DNA of 64,000 nt from an uncultured Phenylobacterium sp. (GTDB taxonomy: Bacteria > Pseudomonadota > Alphaproteobacteria > Caulobacterales > Caulobacteraceae): contig CAZERE010000001.1 of the NCBI GenBank assembly GCA_964515365.1, positions 14,181 through 78,180 of the forward strand. The letters are read 5' to 3'. Below, piece by piece: positions 52,921-62,119 of the stretch (its first letter is position 1; each line of letters opens with the position of its first letter). The translations under genes were made by a program, and so were the position numbers. The notes beneath the pieces are model-generated. The model saw nothing but the letters and a program-made list of their open reading frames with translations. It was not told where the DNA came from and searched no databases.

Positions 52921-55077
52921 TCAGTACTTCCAGTTGAGGCTGAGGCCGTAGGTCCGCGGCGGGTTGTAGGCGCCGAAATTCGCCCCCAGGAACACCGACT
53001 GGAAGGTTCGCGTGACCTCGTCCGTCAGGTTCTTGCCCCACAGCGAGACGGTCCAGTGGCGGGAGGGATCGGTGAAGATCACCCGCGCATCCACGAAATG
53101 GGTCGGGTCGCGCACCTCGGGCGGCAGGTTGGAATTGTCGTCGAAGATGCGGCTCTCATAGGCGTAGTCGAGGGCGAAGCGCAGATCCGCGCCGCTGGCC
53201 AGGGCCGCGGTGTAGGACGGCGAGACCACCAGCTTGTGCTCCGGCGTCCGCGAGATGCGGTTGCCCGCATAGTCCACCCCAGGCTCCGGCGAGAATTCGT
53301 CGAAGCGCGCGTCGGTATAGGCGTAGCTGGTCACCAGGCTGGCGCCGGCGAAGGGCCGCCACTGCAGATAGGTCTCATAGCCCTTGATGGTCGCCTGGCC
53401 GGCATTGTCGGTGACCACCGACAGATTGGGCAGGGTGCGCCGGGTCTGCAGGTCGTCGTATTTCATGATGTAGAGGGTGTTGTTCCACACCACCGCCCCG
53501 CCCAGCAGGACACTCTTCTGGCCGATCTCGTACTGGGTGGCGAACTCGGGCTCGAAACCGTCGGCGGCATCGGCGGCGCTGGACGGCGTGTCCTGGAACC
53601 CGCCGCTCTTGAAGCCGCGGGAAATCATCCCGTAGAGCAGATGGTCGTCGGTGGCCGCCCAGGTCAGGCCGGCGCGCCAGGTGACCGCCTCATAGTCGTC
53701 GGCGACGCTGACATCGAACAGCTCGCCAGCCCGGAAGAGCTCGGTGCTGGAGAGGTTGTCGATCCTGTAGTCCTTCTCGTCGCGCGTATAGCGGACCCCG
53801 GCCACCGCCGAGAGCTGCTCGGTGACCGGCGCGGTGACGTCAGCGAAGACGGCGTAGCTCGAGAGCTCGGCGGCCTGGGTATAGACCTCCCGCCCGGCGC
53901 TGCCGGCGATGTCGAGGTCGAGGATGTCCCGGCGATCGGTCTCGCTCTGGAAGAGATAGGCGCCGGCGATCCACTGGACGTCGCTCTCAGGCAGGGCGCT
54001 GAGCCGGAGTTCGTGACTGTAGAAGGTCGACTGCTCCTCGTTGCCGCCGGAGATGTCGACCAGATTGGTGGTCGGATTGCCGCCGTCGAAGTCGTAGGCG
54101 GCCGCATAGTCCAGGTCGCGGTACGACCCGAGATAGATCAGGGTCGCAAACGGCAGGTCGCGCTCGACCTGCAGCCGCGCCCCCCAGGTGTCGCGATCCT
54201 GATAGCCGACATAGGCGCCGGCGGTCTCATCCCGATCCCGGTCGATCGTCCAGAAGGCCGAAAGCGGATCGCCGGCGTCCAGGTCGAGGACATGCTGGGC
54301 CGGGCCGGTCTCGCGACTGCGGGTCCCGTCCAGGGTGGCCAGGAACCTGAGTTCCGGCTGGGGCTCAGCGCGCAGGGAGATGCGGCCGCTACGGGTGTCC
54401 TGGTCTTCCACCCGGTCGCCGGTGAAGGTGTTGCGGACATAGCCGTCATGGGTGCGCCAGGCGCCGCTGAGGCGGACCGCTGCGGTTCCGTCGGCGAAGG
54501 GCGCATTGAGCATGCCGGCGCCTTCCAGCCGCTCATAGTTGCCCACCGTCGCCTCGGCGGCGGCGTCGAAGCCCGCGAGGTCGGGCCGGCGGGTGACGAC
54601 ATTGATGGCCCCGCCGACCACGTTGCGGCCGAACAGCGTGCCCTGCGGACCTTTAAGGACCTCGATGCGCTCCACGTCGAAGGCGTCGAAGGCCACGGCC
54701 GCAGGACGGCCGATATAGATGTCGTCCAGGAAGACGGCCGCGCTGGGGTCGCCCGCCGCGCCGCGGTCCGAGGAGCCAATGCCGCGGATCGCAATGCGCG
54801 GTTGGGAGGACGGGAAGGCGTCGAACTGCAGACCCGGCGTGAGCGTCGCCACGTCCTGGACCTCGCGGATGCGCGCCTCTTCCACCTGCTCGGCGCCGAA
54901 GGCGGTGACGGTGACCGGGACATCCTGCAGGCTCTGGGCGCGCCGCTGGGCGGTGACGACCACCTCCTCCAACGTGCTGACCTCAGCAGTCTGAGCCTCC
55001 TGGGCCGTGGCCGCCTGGCCCGCGAGAAGGGCCGCCGCGGCTGCGCCGCCCGCCCATAGGCCTCGATGATCCCTCAC
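52921..55077 (-). CDS. TonB-dependent receptor
   Basis: EEVVVTAQRR, IAIRGIG, ERIEVLKGPQGTLFGRN, PRTYG, terminal Y. Confidence 0.95.
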   Translation of the reverse strand: MRDHRGLWAGGAAAAALLAGQAATAQEAQTAEVSTLEEVVVTAQRRAQSLQDVPVTVTAFGAEQVEEARIREVQDVATLTPGLQFDAFPSSQPRIAIRGIGSSDRGAAGDPSAAVFLDDIYIGRPAAVAFDAFDVERIEVLKGPQGTLFGRNVVGGAINVVTRRPDLAGFDAAAEATVGNYERLEGAGMLNAPFADGTAAVRLSGAWRTHDGYVRNTFTGDRVEDQDTRSGRISLRAEPQPELRFLATLDGTRSRETGPAQHVLDLDAGDPLSAFWTIDRDRDETAGAYVGYQDRDTWGARLQVERDLPFATLIYLGSYRDLDYAAAYDFDGGNPTTNLVDISGGNEEQSTFYSHELRLSALPESDVQWIAGAYLFQSETDRRDILDLDIAGSAGREVYTQAAELSSYAVFADVTAPVTEQLSAVAGVRYTRDEKDYRIDNLSSTELFRAGELFDVSVADDYEAVTWRAGLTWAATDDHLLYGMISRGFKSGGFQDTPSSAADAADGFEPEFATQYEIGQKSVLLGGAVVWNNTLYIMKYDDLQTRRTLPNLSVVTDNAGQATIKGYETYLQWRPFAGASLVTSYAYTDARFDEFSPEPGVDYAGNRISRTPEHKLVVSPSYTAALASGADLRFALDYAYESRIFDDNSNLPPEVRDPTHFVDARVIFTDPSRHWTVSLWGKNLTDEVTRTFQSVFLGANFGAYNPPRTYGLSLNWKY

Positions 55078-55148
55078 GTTCCAACTCCCCGTCTTGTTCT
55101 CGCTGGCGTGCAGCTTTGCCAGGGTGCTTACTGGGGTTGGACGCAGTA

Positions 55149-55178
55149 CGTCAATATTTTGGATCCAATTTATTGACG
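55149..55178. promoter_or_regulatory. 30-bp palindrome: VanR-type operator between two back-to-back TTGACG -35 elements
   Basis: CGTCAATAttTTGGATCCAAttTATTGACG; 13/15 arm positions pair. Confidence 0.8.
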
Positions 55179-55237
55179 CAATGAGGCCGATCCCGCTAAG
55201 GCTCGGCCCGCTTGGAAACGGTCAAAGAGGGTTTGGG

Positions 55238-56635
55238 ATGGAAAACGGCCCAATAAAGATACTTGTCCCGGTGGGTTCGCTGGGCGCAGGCGTCCGGGAA
55301 GAGGAGTTGCGGTACGGCCTCGCCCAGGGAGCGCAGGCGATCGCCACCGACGCCGGCTCCACCGACAGCGGCGCGGCCTATCTGGCGCTCGGAAAATCCA
55401 AGAATGACCGCAGCTCGGTGAAGCGGGACCTGGCGCTGCTGATGAAGGCCGGCGCCGAGGCCGGCATCCCGGTGATCGTCGGCACCTGCGGCCAGGCCGG
55501 CGGCGACCGCAACCTCGACTGGACCCGCGACATCGCCCTGGAGATCGCCGCCGAGCTCGGCCTGAAGCCCAAGATCGCCCTGCTCTATTCCGAGCAGGAC
55601 AAGGCGGTTCTGAAGGCCAAGAACGCCGCCGGCAAGATCCGCCCCCTGCCCCCGCTCGGCCCCCTGGATGACGCCACCATCGAGGCCTGCGACCACATCG
55701 TCGCGGCGATGGGCGCCGAGCCCTATATCGCCGTCCTGCGGGAAGGCGCCGACCTGATCCTGGGCGGCCGGACCACCGACACCGCGGTCATCGGGTCCTT
55801 CGCCCTCTGGCGCGGCGCCCATACGGCGGCGACCTGGCACGCGGCCAAGGTCGCCGAGTGCGGCGCCCAGTGCACGGTCAACACCGGCGAAGGCGCCGGC
55901 GTGCTGATCTCGATCGGCGCCGAGGGTTTCGAGGTCGAGCCGCTCAGCCTTGCGAACCAGTGCAGCCCGCACAGCGTCTCGGCCCACATGCTCTATGAGA
56001 ACAGCAATCCGTTCCGGCTGACTGAACCGGGCGGCGTCCTCGACGTCACGGAGTCCATCTACACGCTGGTGAATGAGCGGACCGTGCGGGTGACCGGGTC
56101 CCGCTGGGAGCCCCAGCCCTACACCATGAAGCTGGAAGGCGCCGCGGCCGGACGGTTCCAGACCCTCATGCTGATCGGCATCCAGGACCCGGAGGTGCTG
56201 TCGCGCCTGGACGAGTTCCACGACAAGCTGCTGCACGCCCTCTATCAGCGCACCCGCCGCACCATCGGCGAGGCCGCCGGCGACTTCCACATCTCGCTGC
56301 GGATCTATGGCTGGAACGCGGTCTCGGGCGACAAGCCGGCGCCGGGAACCCCTGCGCCGCGCGAGGTGGGCGTGCTGTTCATCGCCACCGCCGACACCCA
56401 GGCCATGGCCACCCAGATCGCCAACACCTGCAACGCCTACTTCTTCCACTTCCCCCTGCTGCGCGACAAGGAGCTGCCCAGCTACGGCTTCGCCTTCACG
56501 CCGGCCGAGGTCGAACGCGGACCGATCTATGAGTTCAAGCTGAACCACGTGGTCGAGACCGACGACCCCCTGGAGCTTGTGCGCACGAAATGGATCGACC
56601 TGTCAGAGGAAGGGACCGCCCATGTCGACCGTTAA
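55238..56635 (+). CDS. AtuA (DUF1446)-family protein
   Basis: DAGSTDSG..YL, IVGTCGQAG, MGAEPY, GRTTD, KVAECG, SAHMLYEN; start re-called at ATG 55238. Confidence 0.88.
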   Translation: MENGPIKILVPVGSLGAGVREEELRYGLAQGAQAIATDAGSTDSGAAYLALGKSKNDRSSVKRDLALLMKAGAEAGIPVIVGTCGQAGGDRNLDWTRDIALEIAAELGLKPKIALLYSEQDKAVLKAKNAAGKIRPLPPLGPLDDATIEACDHIVAAMGAEPYIAVLREGADLILGGRTTDTAVIGSFALWRGAHTAATWHAAKVAECGAQCTVNTGEGAGVLISIGAEGFEVEPLSLANQCSPHSVSAHMLYENSNPFRLTEPGGVLDVTESIYTLVNERTVRVTGSRWEPQPYTMKLEGAAAGRFQTLMLIGIQDPEVLSRLDEFHDKLLHALYQRTRRTIGEAAGDFHISLRIYGWNAVSGDKPAPGTPAPREVGVLFIATADTQAMATQIANTCNAYFFHFPLLRDKELPSYGFAFTPAEVERGPIYEFKLNHVVETDDPLELVRTKWIDLSEEGTAHVDR

Positions 56636-56930
56636 GGACGTCTGCCGTCATGTCCGCTCGAAGAACGCCGGGCCGTTCTGGGTGACCTTCGACCTCTTCT
56701 TCGATGGCGAGGAGAGTTTCGCGAAGTACGCCGAGGCGCCGGCCCTGGGGCCGCAGCTCTTTGCGCGCCTGTTCGGGGCCGACCCGGCCTTCGTTCAGCG
56801 CTATCCGGTGGCGAGCCTGAACATGGTCAAGATCTCCTATGCCCGCACCGAACCCCAGGGCGGCATGATCGAGCGGGACATGCACCGCGGCCAGCAATAT
56901 GTCCGCCTGCTCGACGTCGAGCTCGACTGA
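56622..56930 (+). CDS. DUF4387-family protein (AtuA partner)
   Basis: VRSKNAGPFWVTFD...G...ERDM.R.QQ; overlaps the end of the atuA-like gene. Confidence 0.85.
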   Translation: MSTVKDVCRHVRSKNAGPFWVTFDLFFDGEESFAKYAEAPALGPQLFARLFGADPAFVQRYPVASLNMVKISYARTEPQGGMIERDMHRGQQYVRLLDVELD

Positions 56931-56960
56931 TCCACGGCGGCGGCCCTCAAGACCTAGAGT

Positions 56961-57578
56961 CTAGATCGGGGCCATCGCCAGCCAGGGATGGCGTTGCAAA
57001 TGCGCCATCTCGAACGCCCGGATTTCATCGGCGCGAGCCAGGGCCACGCCAATGGCGTCGAGGCCGTTCAACAGGGCGTGCCGGCGCGACGGATCGATCT
57101 CGAACCGCCAGACGCCGCCTGCGCCCTCAATAGTCTGGGCTTCCAGGTCCAGGGTGAGCCGGCTGGTCTCCGGCCGCGCCACCAGGGCCAGCAGATCCTC
57201 GGCCTCCTCAGGCGGCAGGGTCACGGCCAGCAGGCCGTTGCGGGCGCAGTTGTCGAAGAAGATGCCCGCGAAGCTGGTCCCGATCAGGGCGCGAACGCCC
57301 AGTTGCGAGAGCCCCCAGACCGCGTGCTCACGGCTTGAGCCGCAGCCGAAATTCGGCCCCACCACCAGGAAGCGGGCGTCACGCCAGGGCGGTTGGTTGA
57401 GGATGAAGTCCGCTCGCGGTTGGCCGGCCTCATCGAAGCGAAGGTCGTGAAAGGCGCCGCGGGCGAGGCCGGCGCGGTCGATGCCCTTCAGGAACTGCTT
57501 GGGCATGATGACATCGGTGTCGATATTGGCGGCCGGCAGGGGCGCTGCGATCCCCTCGACCCGCTGGAACGGCTCCAT
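56961..57578 (-). CDS. LeuD-like aconitase-family dehydratase, small subunit
   Basis: NIDTDVIMPKQFL, NFGCGSSREHA, SFAGIFFDN, LLNGLDAI. Confidence 0.9.
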   Translation of the reverse strand: MEPFQRVEGIAAPLPAANIDTDVIMPKQFLKGIDRAGLARGAFHDLRFDEAGQPRADFILNQPPWRDARFLVVGPNFGCGSSREHAVWGLSQLGVRALIGTSFAGIFFDNCARNGLLAVTLPPEEAEDLLALVARPETSRLTLDLEAQTIEGAGGVWRFEIDPSRRHALLNGLDAIGVALARADEIRAFEMAHLQRHPWLAMAPI

Positions 57579-57581
57579 GGC

Positions 57582-59000
57582 CTAATCCTCCATCTGGCGC
57601 ACATCGGTGAGACGCCCGCGAACCGCCGCGGCGGCCACCATGGCCGGGCTCATCAGGTGTGTGCGTCCGCCAGCGCCCTGGCGGCCCTCGAAGTTGCGAT
57701 TGGTGCTCGAGGCGCATCGCTCTCCCGGCGCCAGGACATCGTCATTCATGGCCAGGCACATGGAGCAGCCCGACTGGCGCCACTCGAAGCCGGCCGCCTG
57801 AAAGATCAGGTCGAGCCCCTCGGCCTCGGCCTGACGGCGGACGCTGGTGGAGCCGGGCACCACCATGGCGCGGACGCCGGCCGCCACCGTCCGGCCCCGC
57901 AGGACCGCAGCGGCGTCACGCAGATCCTCGATGCGCGCATTGGTGCACGAGCCGATGAAAGCCCGGTCGATCCGCACGCTTTCAAGCGGCGCGCCGGGCT
58001 CAAGGCCCATGTATTCCAGCGCCCGGGCCGCATCGCGCCGCCGCGACGGGGTGGCCTCAGCCGCGGGATCGGGCACGCGCCCCAGCACCGAGACGGCCTG
58101 GTCGGGACTGGTGCCCCAGGTCACCATGGGTTCGATCTCTTCGGCGCGCAGCACCTCGTGGCGGGCATAGACGGCGCCGGGATCGGCCCTCAGCCCGCGC
58201 CATGACGCCACGGCGGCGTCCCACATGCCCCCCTTCGGCGCCCTGGGAAGACCGGAAAGATAGTCGAACACCTTCTCGTCCGGGGCCACCAGGGCGCCGC
58301 GGGCGCCGCACTCCACCGCCATGTTGCAGAGGGTCATGCGGCCCTCGACGCTGAGCGCCGACAGGGTGTCGCCGCAGAATTCGATGGCGCAGCCGGTGGC
58401 CCCGTCGGCGCCGATCCGGGCGATCAGGGCCATCACCACGTCCTTGGCGGTGACGCCCAGCGGCAGGCGGCCGGTCACCTCCACCTTGATGGGCTTGAGC
58501 CGGCGATAGACCACCGTCGAGGTGGCCAGCATGTGCTCGATGTCAGACGTGCCGATGCCGAATCCCAGGGCGCCGAAGGCGCCATAGGTGGTGGTGTGGC
58601 TGTCGCCGGCGGCCACCACCATGCCCGGCAGGATCAGGCCGAGTTCCGGGGCGACCACATGCTCGATCCCCTGGTTGGGGTGGAGGATGTCGAAGAGTTC
58701 GATGCCGAAGTCGCGGCAGTTGCGGCCGAAATAGGCCACCTGCTCGGCCCCGCCGGGATCGGGCATGCTTGCGGTGCGGATCGGCGCGGTGGCGTTGACG
58801 TGGTCGACCACCCCCAGCAGGCGCTCGGGCCGCCACACCTTCCGGCCGGCGTCGCGCAGTCCGGTGAAGGCCTGCGGGCTGGTGTATTCATTGAGGACGC
58901 TGCGATCGACGTAGAGCAGCACCGTGGCGCCGTCCTCGTCCAGGCGGGCGACGGTGTGGTCGTCCACCAGCTTGTCATAGAGGGTCCGGGGCGGGCTCAT
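57582..59000 (-). CDS. LeuC-like [4Fe-4S] dehydratase, large subunit (non-canonical paralogue)
   Basis: GDSHT, GSCTN, GCSMCLAMN, STNRNFEGRQG; altered N-terminal substrate motifs. Confidence 0.9.
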   Translation of the reverse strand: MSPPRTLYDKLVDDHTVARLDEDGATVLLYVDRSVLNEYTSPQAFTGLRDAGRKVWRPERLLGVVDHVNATAPIRTASMPDPGGAEQVAYFGRNCRDFGIELFDILHPNQGIEHVVAPELGLILPGMVVAAGDSHTTTYGAFGALGFGIGTSDIEHMLATSTVVYRRLKPIKVEVTGRLPLGVTAKDVVMALIARIGADGATGCAIEFCGDTLSALSVEGRMTLCNMAVECGARGALVAPDEKVFDYLSGLPRAPKGGMWDAAVASWRGLRADPGAVYARHEVLRAEEIEPMVTWGTSPDQAVSVLGRVPDPAAEATPSRRRDAARALEYMGLEPGAPLESVRIDRAFIGSCTNARIEDLRDAAAVLRGRTVAAGVRAMVVPGSTSVRRQAEAEGLDLIFQAAGFEWRQSGCSMCLAMNDDVLAPGERCASSTNRNFEGRQGAGGRTHLMSPAMVAAAAVRGRLTDVRQMED

Positions 59001-60019
59001 GCGTCCACCACGTCCAGGGGCTGGCGCCCGTCGGCGACGATACAGGCCGGCGGCGGATCCTCCCCGTTCAACACGGCGACCACACAGCGGGCGGCGATCA
59101 TATTGGTGCGCGCCAGGCCTTCACGGGTGGAGGCGCCGGCGTGGGGCGCGGCGATGACGTCGGCCCGGGCGATCAGAGCGTCGGTGACGGGCTGCAGGGC
59201 CGGATCGCTCTCGCTCTCGAACACGTCGAGGCCGGCGCCGCCCAGGCGCCCGCCCTGCAGCGCGGCCAGCAGGTCACGGTCCGACACCAGGCCGCCGCGG
59301 GCGGTGTTGATCAGGAAGGCGCCGGGCCGCATCCGATCGATCGCTGCGGCGTCGATCATATGCCGGGTGGCCGGCGTCAGGGGGGCGTGGAGGGTGATGT
59401 AGTCGCTCTGCGTCAGCAGGGTGTCGAGGTCCACATGGCGGACGCCCGTCCGGGCGGCGTATTCGGGATCGGTCCGCGAAGTCGCCACCAGCACCTCGGC
59501 CTCGAAGCCGCTCAGGCGCTGGACGACGCTGCGCCCGATCCGCCCGAGGCCCACCAGGCCGACGGTCTTTTGATAGAGGTCGGACCCCATCAGGATCGAC
59601 CACGAGCCGGCGTTCATCTGCGCCTTCGCCTCGCGGAAGCGACGGCCGAGCGCGATCATCATGCCGATGGCCTGGTCGGCGACCGAGGCGTCGTTGCCGC
59701 CCGCCGCGATGGTCACCACCCGCCCGAGCTCGGTGGCGGCCTCGAGGTCCACCCGCTCATAGCCGACCCCGCGTCGCGCGATGACCGCCAGGCGTGGCAG
59801 GGCCATGAGCAGAAAGCGCGTGACCTTGGCATGGCCGACGATCCAGCCCTGGGCGCCGACCAGCATCGCGGCCAGGCGATCATGGTCGAGGTCGCCATCG
59901 GCCTCCCCCGGCGCCAGGTCGGCGATGACGACGTCGCAGCCGGCCGCCTCCAGATAGGCGATCGCAGCCTCGTCGAAGAACCGCTGGGTCACCACGACCC
60001 GCCTGTTGTTGAGCGCCAT
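58997..60019 (-). CDS. D-isomer-specific 2-hydroxyacid dehydrogenase
   Basis: GLVGLGRIG, LHAPLT, INTARG, GLDVFESE, APHAG; ATGA-coupled to the leuC-like gene. Confidence 0.92.
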   Translation of the reverse strand: MALNNRRVVVTQRFFDEAAIAYLEAAGCDVVIADLAPGEADGDLDHDRLAAMLVGAQGWIVGHAKVTRFLLMALPRLAVIARRGVGYERVDLEAATELGRVVTIAAGGNDASVADQAIGMMIALGRRFREAKAQMNAGSWSILMGSDLYQKTVGLVGLGRIGRSVVQRLSGFEAEVLVATSRTDPEYAARTGVRHVDLDTLLTQSDYITLHAPLTPATRHMIDAAAIDRMRPGAFLINTARGGLVSDRDLLAALQGGRLGGAGLDVFESESDPALQPVTDALIARADVIAAPHAGASTREGLARTNMIAARCVVAVLNGEDPPPACIVADGRQPLDVVDA

Positions 60020-60131
60020 GCCTGCACCTCCCGTGACCGCCCTTGCGGTAACCCAGGCCGGGCGCGGCGGGCCAAGTCCGCTTGCGCATAAGCCTATGCG
60101 GCTGGTGACGAGGGCTTGGCAGGCCGGGGAT

Positions 60132-60890
60132 TTAGCGGGTGGCGATACGGTGCAGGCGCGCCTTGGTCCGCAGCACGTGCTCGGTCATGAGCCTGCCGGC
60201 CGCTGCGCTGTCGCCGCCGCGGATGGCCTCCAGAATGGCCTCATGATCGGCTTGCGAGACGCAGATGAATTCCGGCGGCGTGTCGGGCACTTCGCGCAGG
60301 CGCAGGGGCACATGGTCGGCCACGGTCGGGCACAGCCGGGCCGGATCCCCAAACAACGGATAGAGCAGCGTCATGCGGATGGCGTTGCGCAGGACGCCGT
60401 TCTGAGGCGCCAGCTGGATCGCCCGGTGAAACAGGCGGTTGATGGCGTACCAGTCCCGCTCGATGGCCTCGGACCAGCGGCCCTCGGCCAGGATGGCCCC
60501 ACCGCGCTCCACCATGCGCTCGACCTCCGCCAGGGCATCAGCCGTCCAGCCCATCTCCACCGAGAGCCTGGCCCCCAGGCCCTCGAGTTGCGCCCGCACG
60601 TCGATGGAATCGAGGATGTCGCTGAGCTTCATGCTCTGGACGGTGTAGCCGCGATTGACCCCATAGCTGACCAGGCCCTCGGCGGAGAGCACCGCCAGGG
60701 CGCTGCGCACCGGGGTGCGCGAGACGTTCATCTCGGTGGCCAGGGCCTCGGCCCGGAGCTTGCTGCCCGGCGGCAGACGACCCATGACGATCTGTTCGCG
60801 CAGGTGGGTCAGGACGGTGTAGGTCGCAGGCTCGGTATAGGGCTCGGAACTCGCCGCCCCGAACGACGCCAGCCATCCTTCACCTGTCAT
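60132..60890 (-). CDS. GntR/FCD regulator, VanR-like
   Basis: VSRTPVRSAL..L..EGLV....RGY...DSIDVRAQLEG; NRLFH, DHEAI, EH; start uncertain. Confidence 0.9.
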   Translation of the reverse strand: MTGEGWLASFGAASSEPYTEPATYTVLTHLREQIVMGRLPPGSKLRAEALATEMNVSRTPVRSALAVLSAEGLVSYGVNRGYTVQSMKLSDILDSIDVRAQLEGLGARLSVEMGWTADALAEVERMVERGGAILAEGRWSEAIERDWYAINRLFHRAIQLAPQNGVLRNAIRMTLLYPLFGDPARLCPTVADHVPLRLREVPDTPPEFICVSQADHEAILEAIRGGDSAAAGRLMTEHVLRTKARLHRIATR

Positions 60891-61042
60891 CCCAGCCGTC
60901 CTTTCGCCAGTTCCCCGCCCCGGGGGAGAGCGCCTCAGATACACCACTGCGGAGAGATTGCAGCGCCTCCCGACCCTGGTGTCGAGGCCGGTGATAGTCT
61001 TACACGGCCCAGGCCCGGTGGGCGCGGCGGAGGAGACGGCGG

Positions 61043-61981
61043 ATGGAACTGGCCTGGCTGGAGGACTTTCTGGCGCTTGCCCGGGAGCGGAACTTCTCGC
61101 GCGCCGCCGAGGTCCGCCACATATCGCAGCCGGCCTTCAGCCGCCGCGTCCGCATGCTGGAGGACTGGCTCCAGGCGCCGCTCTTCGACCGCGACACCCA
61201 CCGCGTGGAACTGACCGCGGCCGGGGCGGAATTCCTGCCCATCGCCGAGGAGATCGCGCGCCGTATCGCCTTTGGCCGAGAACGGGTCCGGGAGGTCGCC
61301 GAACTGTCGGCCAGCAGCCTGCGCATCGCCTGCACCAATGTCCTGTCCCTGACCTTCTTCCCCGCCTGGCTGCAGGTCCTGGAACAGGCCGCCGCGCCCT
61401 CGAACATCAGCCTGGTCACCGACAGCATGGCCGACTGCGAGCGCCTGATGATCGAGGGCCAGGCGCAGTTCATCCTCTGCCACCATCACCCGGCGACCAC
61501 GACGGAACTCGACTCCGCAGCCTTCCTCGCCCTGGACATCGGCGCCGATGTGCTGGCGCCGGTGAGCGCGCCGGCGGGGCCGGGGGACGCCGCGCCCCGG
61601 CATCCCCTGCCTGGGTCGCCCGAGACGCCCACCGCGCATCTGGCCTTCAGCGCCGCCTCCGGCATGGGGCGCATCGTCTCGGCCACGCGGAGCGCCGGGG
61701 CGCCGGCGACCTGGCTCACCCCCGTATTCACCGCGCACCTGGCCATGGTGCTGCTGATCATGGCGCGGGAGGGACGCGGCATGGCCTGGCTGCCGCTCAG
61801 CCTGACGAGACAGGACCTGGAGGCCGGCCGCCTGGTGCGCAGCGCGCCCTCCGGCGACTGGGACATCCCCATGAGCATCCGCCTGTATCGCCCCCGCGCG
61901 CGGCAAAGCCCGGCGGCGGAGGCCTTCTGGTCCCAGGCGGCCGCGGCGGCGGACGAAGCGGCGCGTCCGGCCCGCCGCTAA
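61043..61981 (+). CDS. LysR-family regulator
   Basis: WLEDFLALA..RNFSRAA..RHISQPAFSRRV. Confidence 0.95.
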   Translation: MELAWLEDFLALARERNFSRAAEVRHISQPAFSRRVRMLEDWLQAPLFDRDTHRVELTAAGAEFLPIAEEIARRIAFGRERVREVAELSASSLRIACTNVLSLTFFPAWLQVLEQAAAPSNISLVTDSMADCERLMIEGQAQFILCHHHPATTTELDSAAFLALDIGADVLAPVSAPAGPGDAAPRHPLPGSPETPTAHLAFSAASGMGRIVSATRSAGAPATWLTPVFTAHLAMVLLIMAREGRGMAWLPLSLTRQDLEAGRLVRSAPSGDWDIPMSIRLYRPRARQSPAAEAFWSQAAAAADEAARPARR

Positions 61982-62119
61982 GCCGCCCACAAGGCGACCT
62001 GTCGGCCCGTCCGGCGTGTCAGAGCTCATTCTTGGGCCTCATGGAGTCCTGAGAACATATCGCTTTTCAGTCCGCCCCCCCGGCTCCAAGCCTCCTTCAA
62101 ACCATGTGGGAGAGAACTG

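Noticed and set aside
56961-59000. Calling these genes leucine-biosynthetic leuC/leuD
   Set aside because: Altered substrate motifs, no leuA or leuB, and a catabolic context; gene symbols withheld.
62028-62042. T-N11-A LysR box (ATTC-N7-TCAT) upstream of the hglS-like gene
   Set aside because: Position is plausible but the dyad symmetry is too weak to support.
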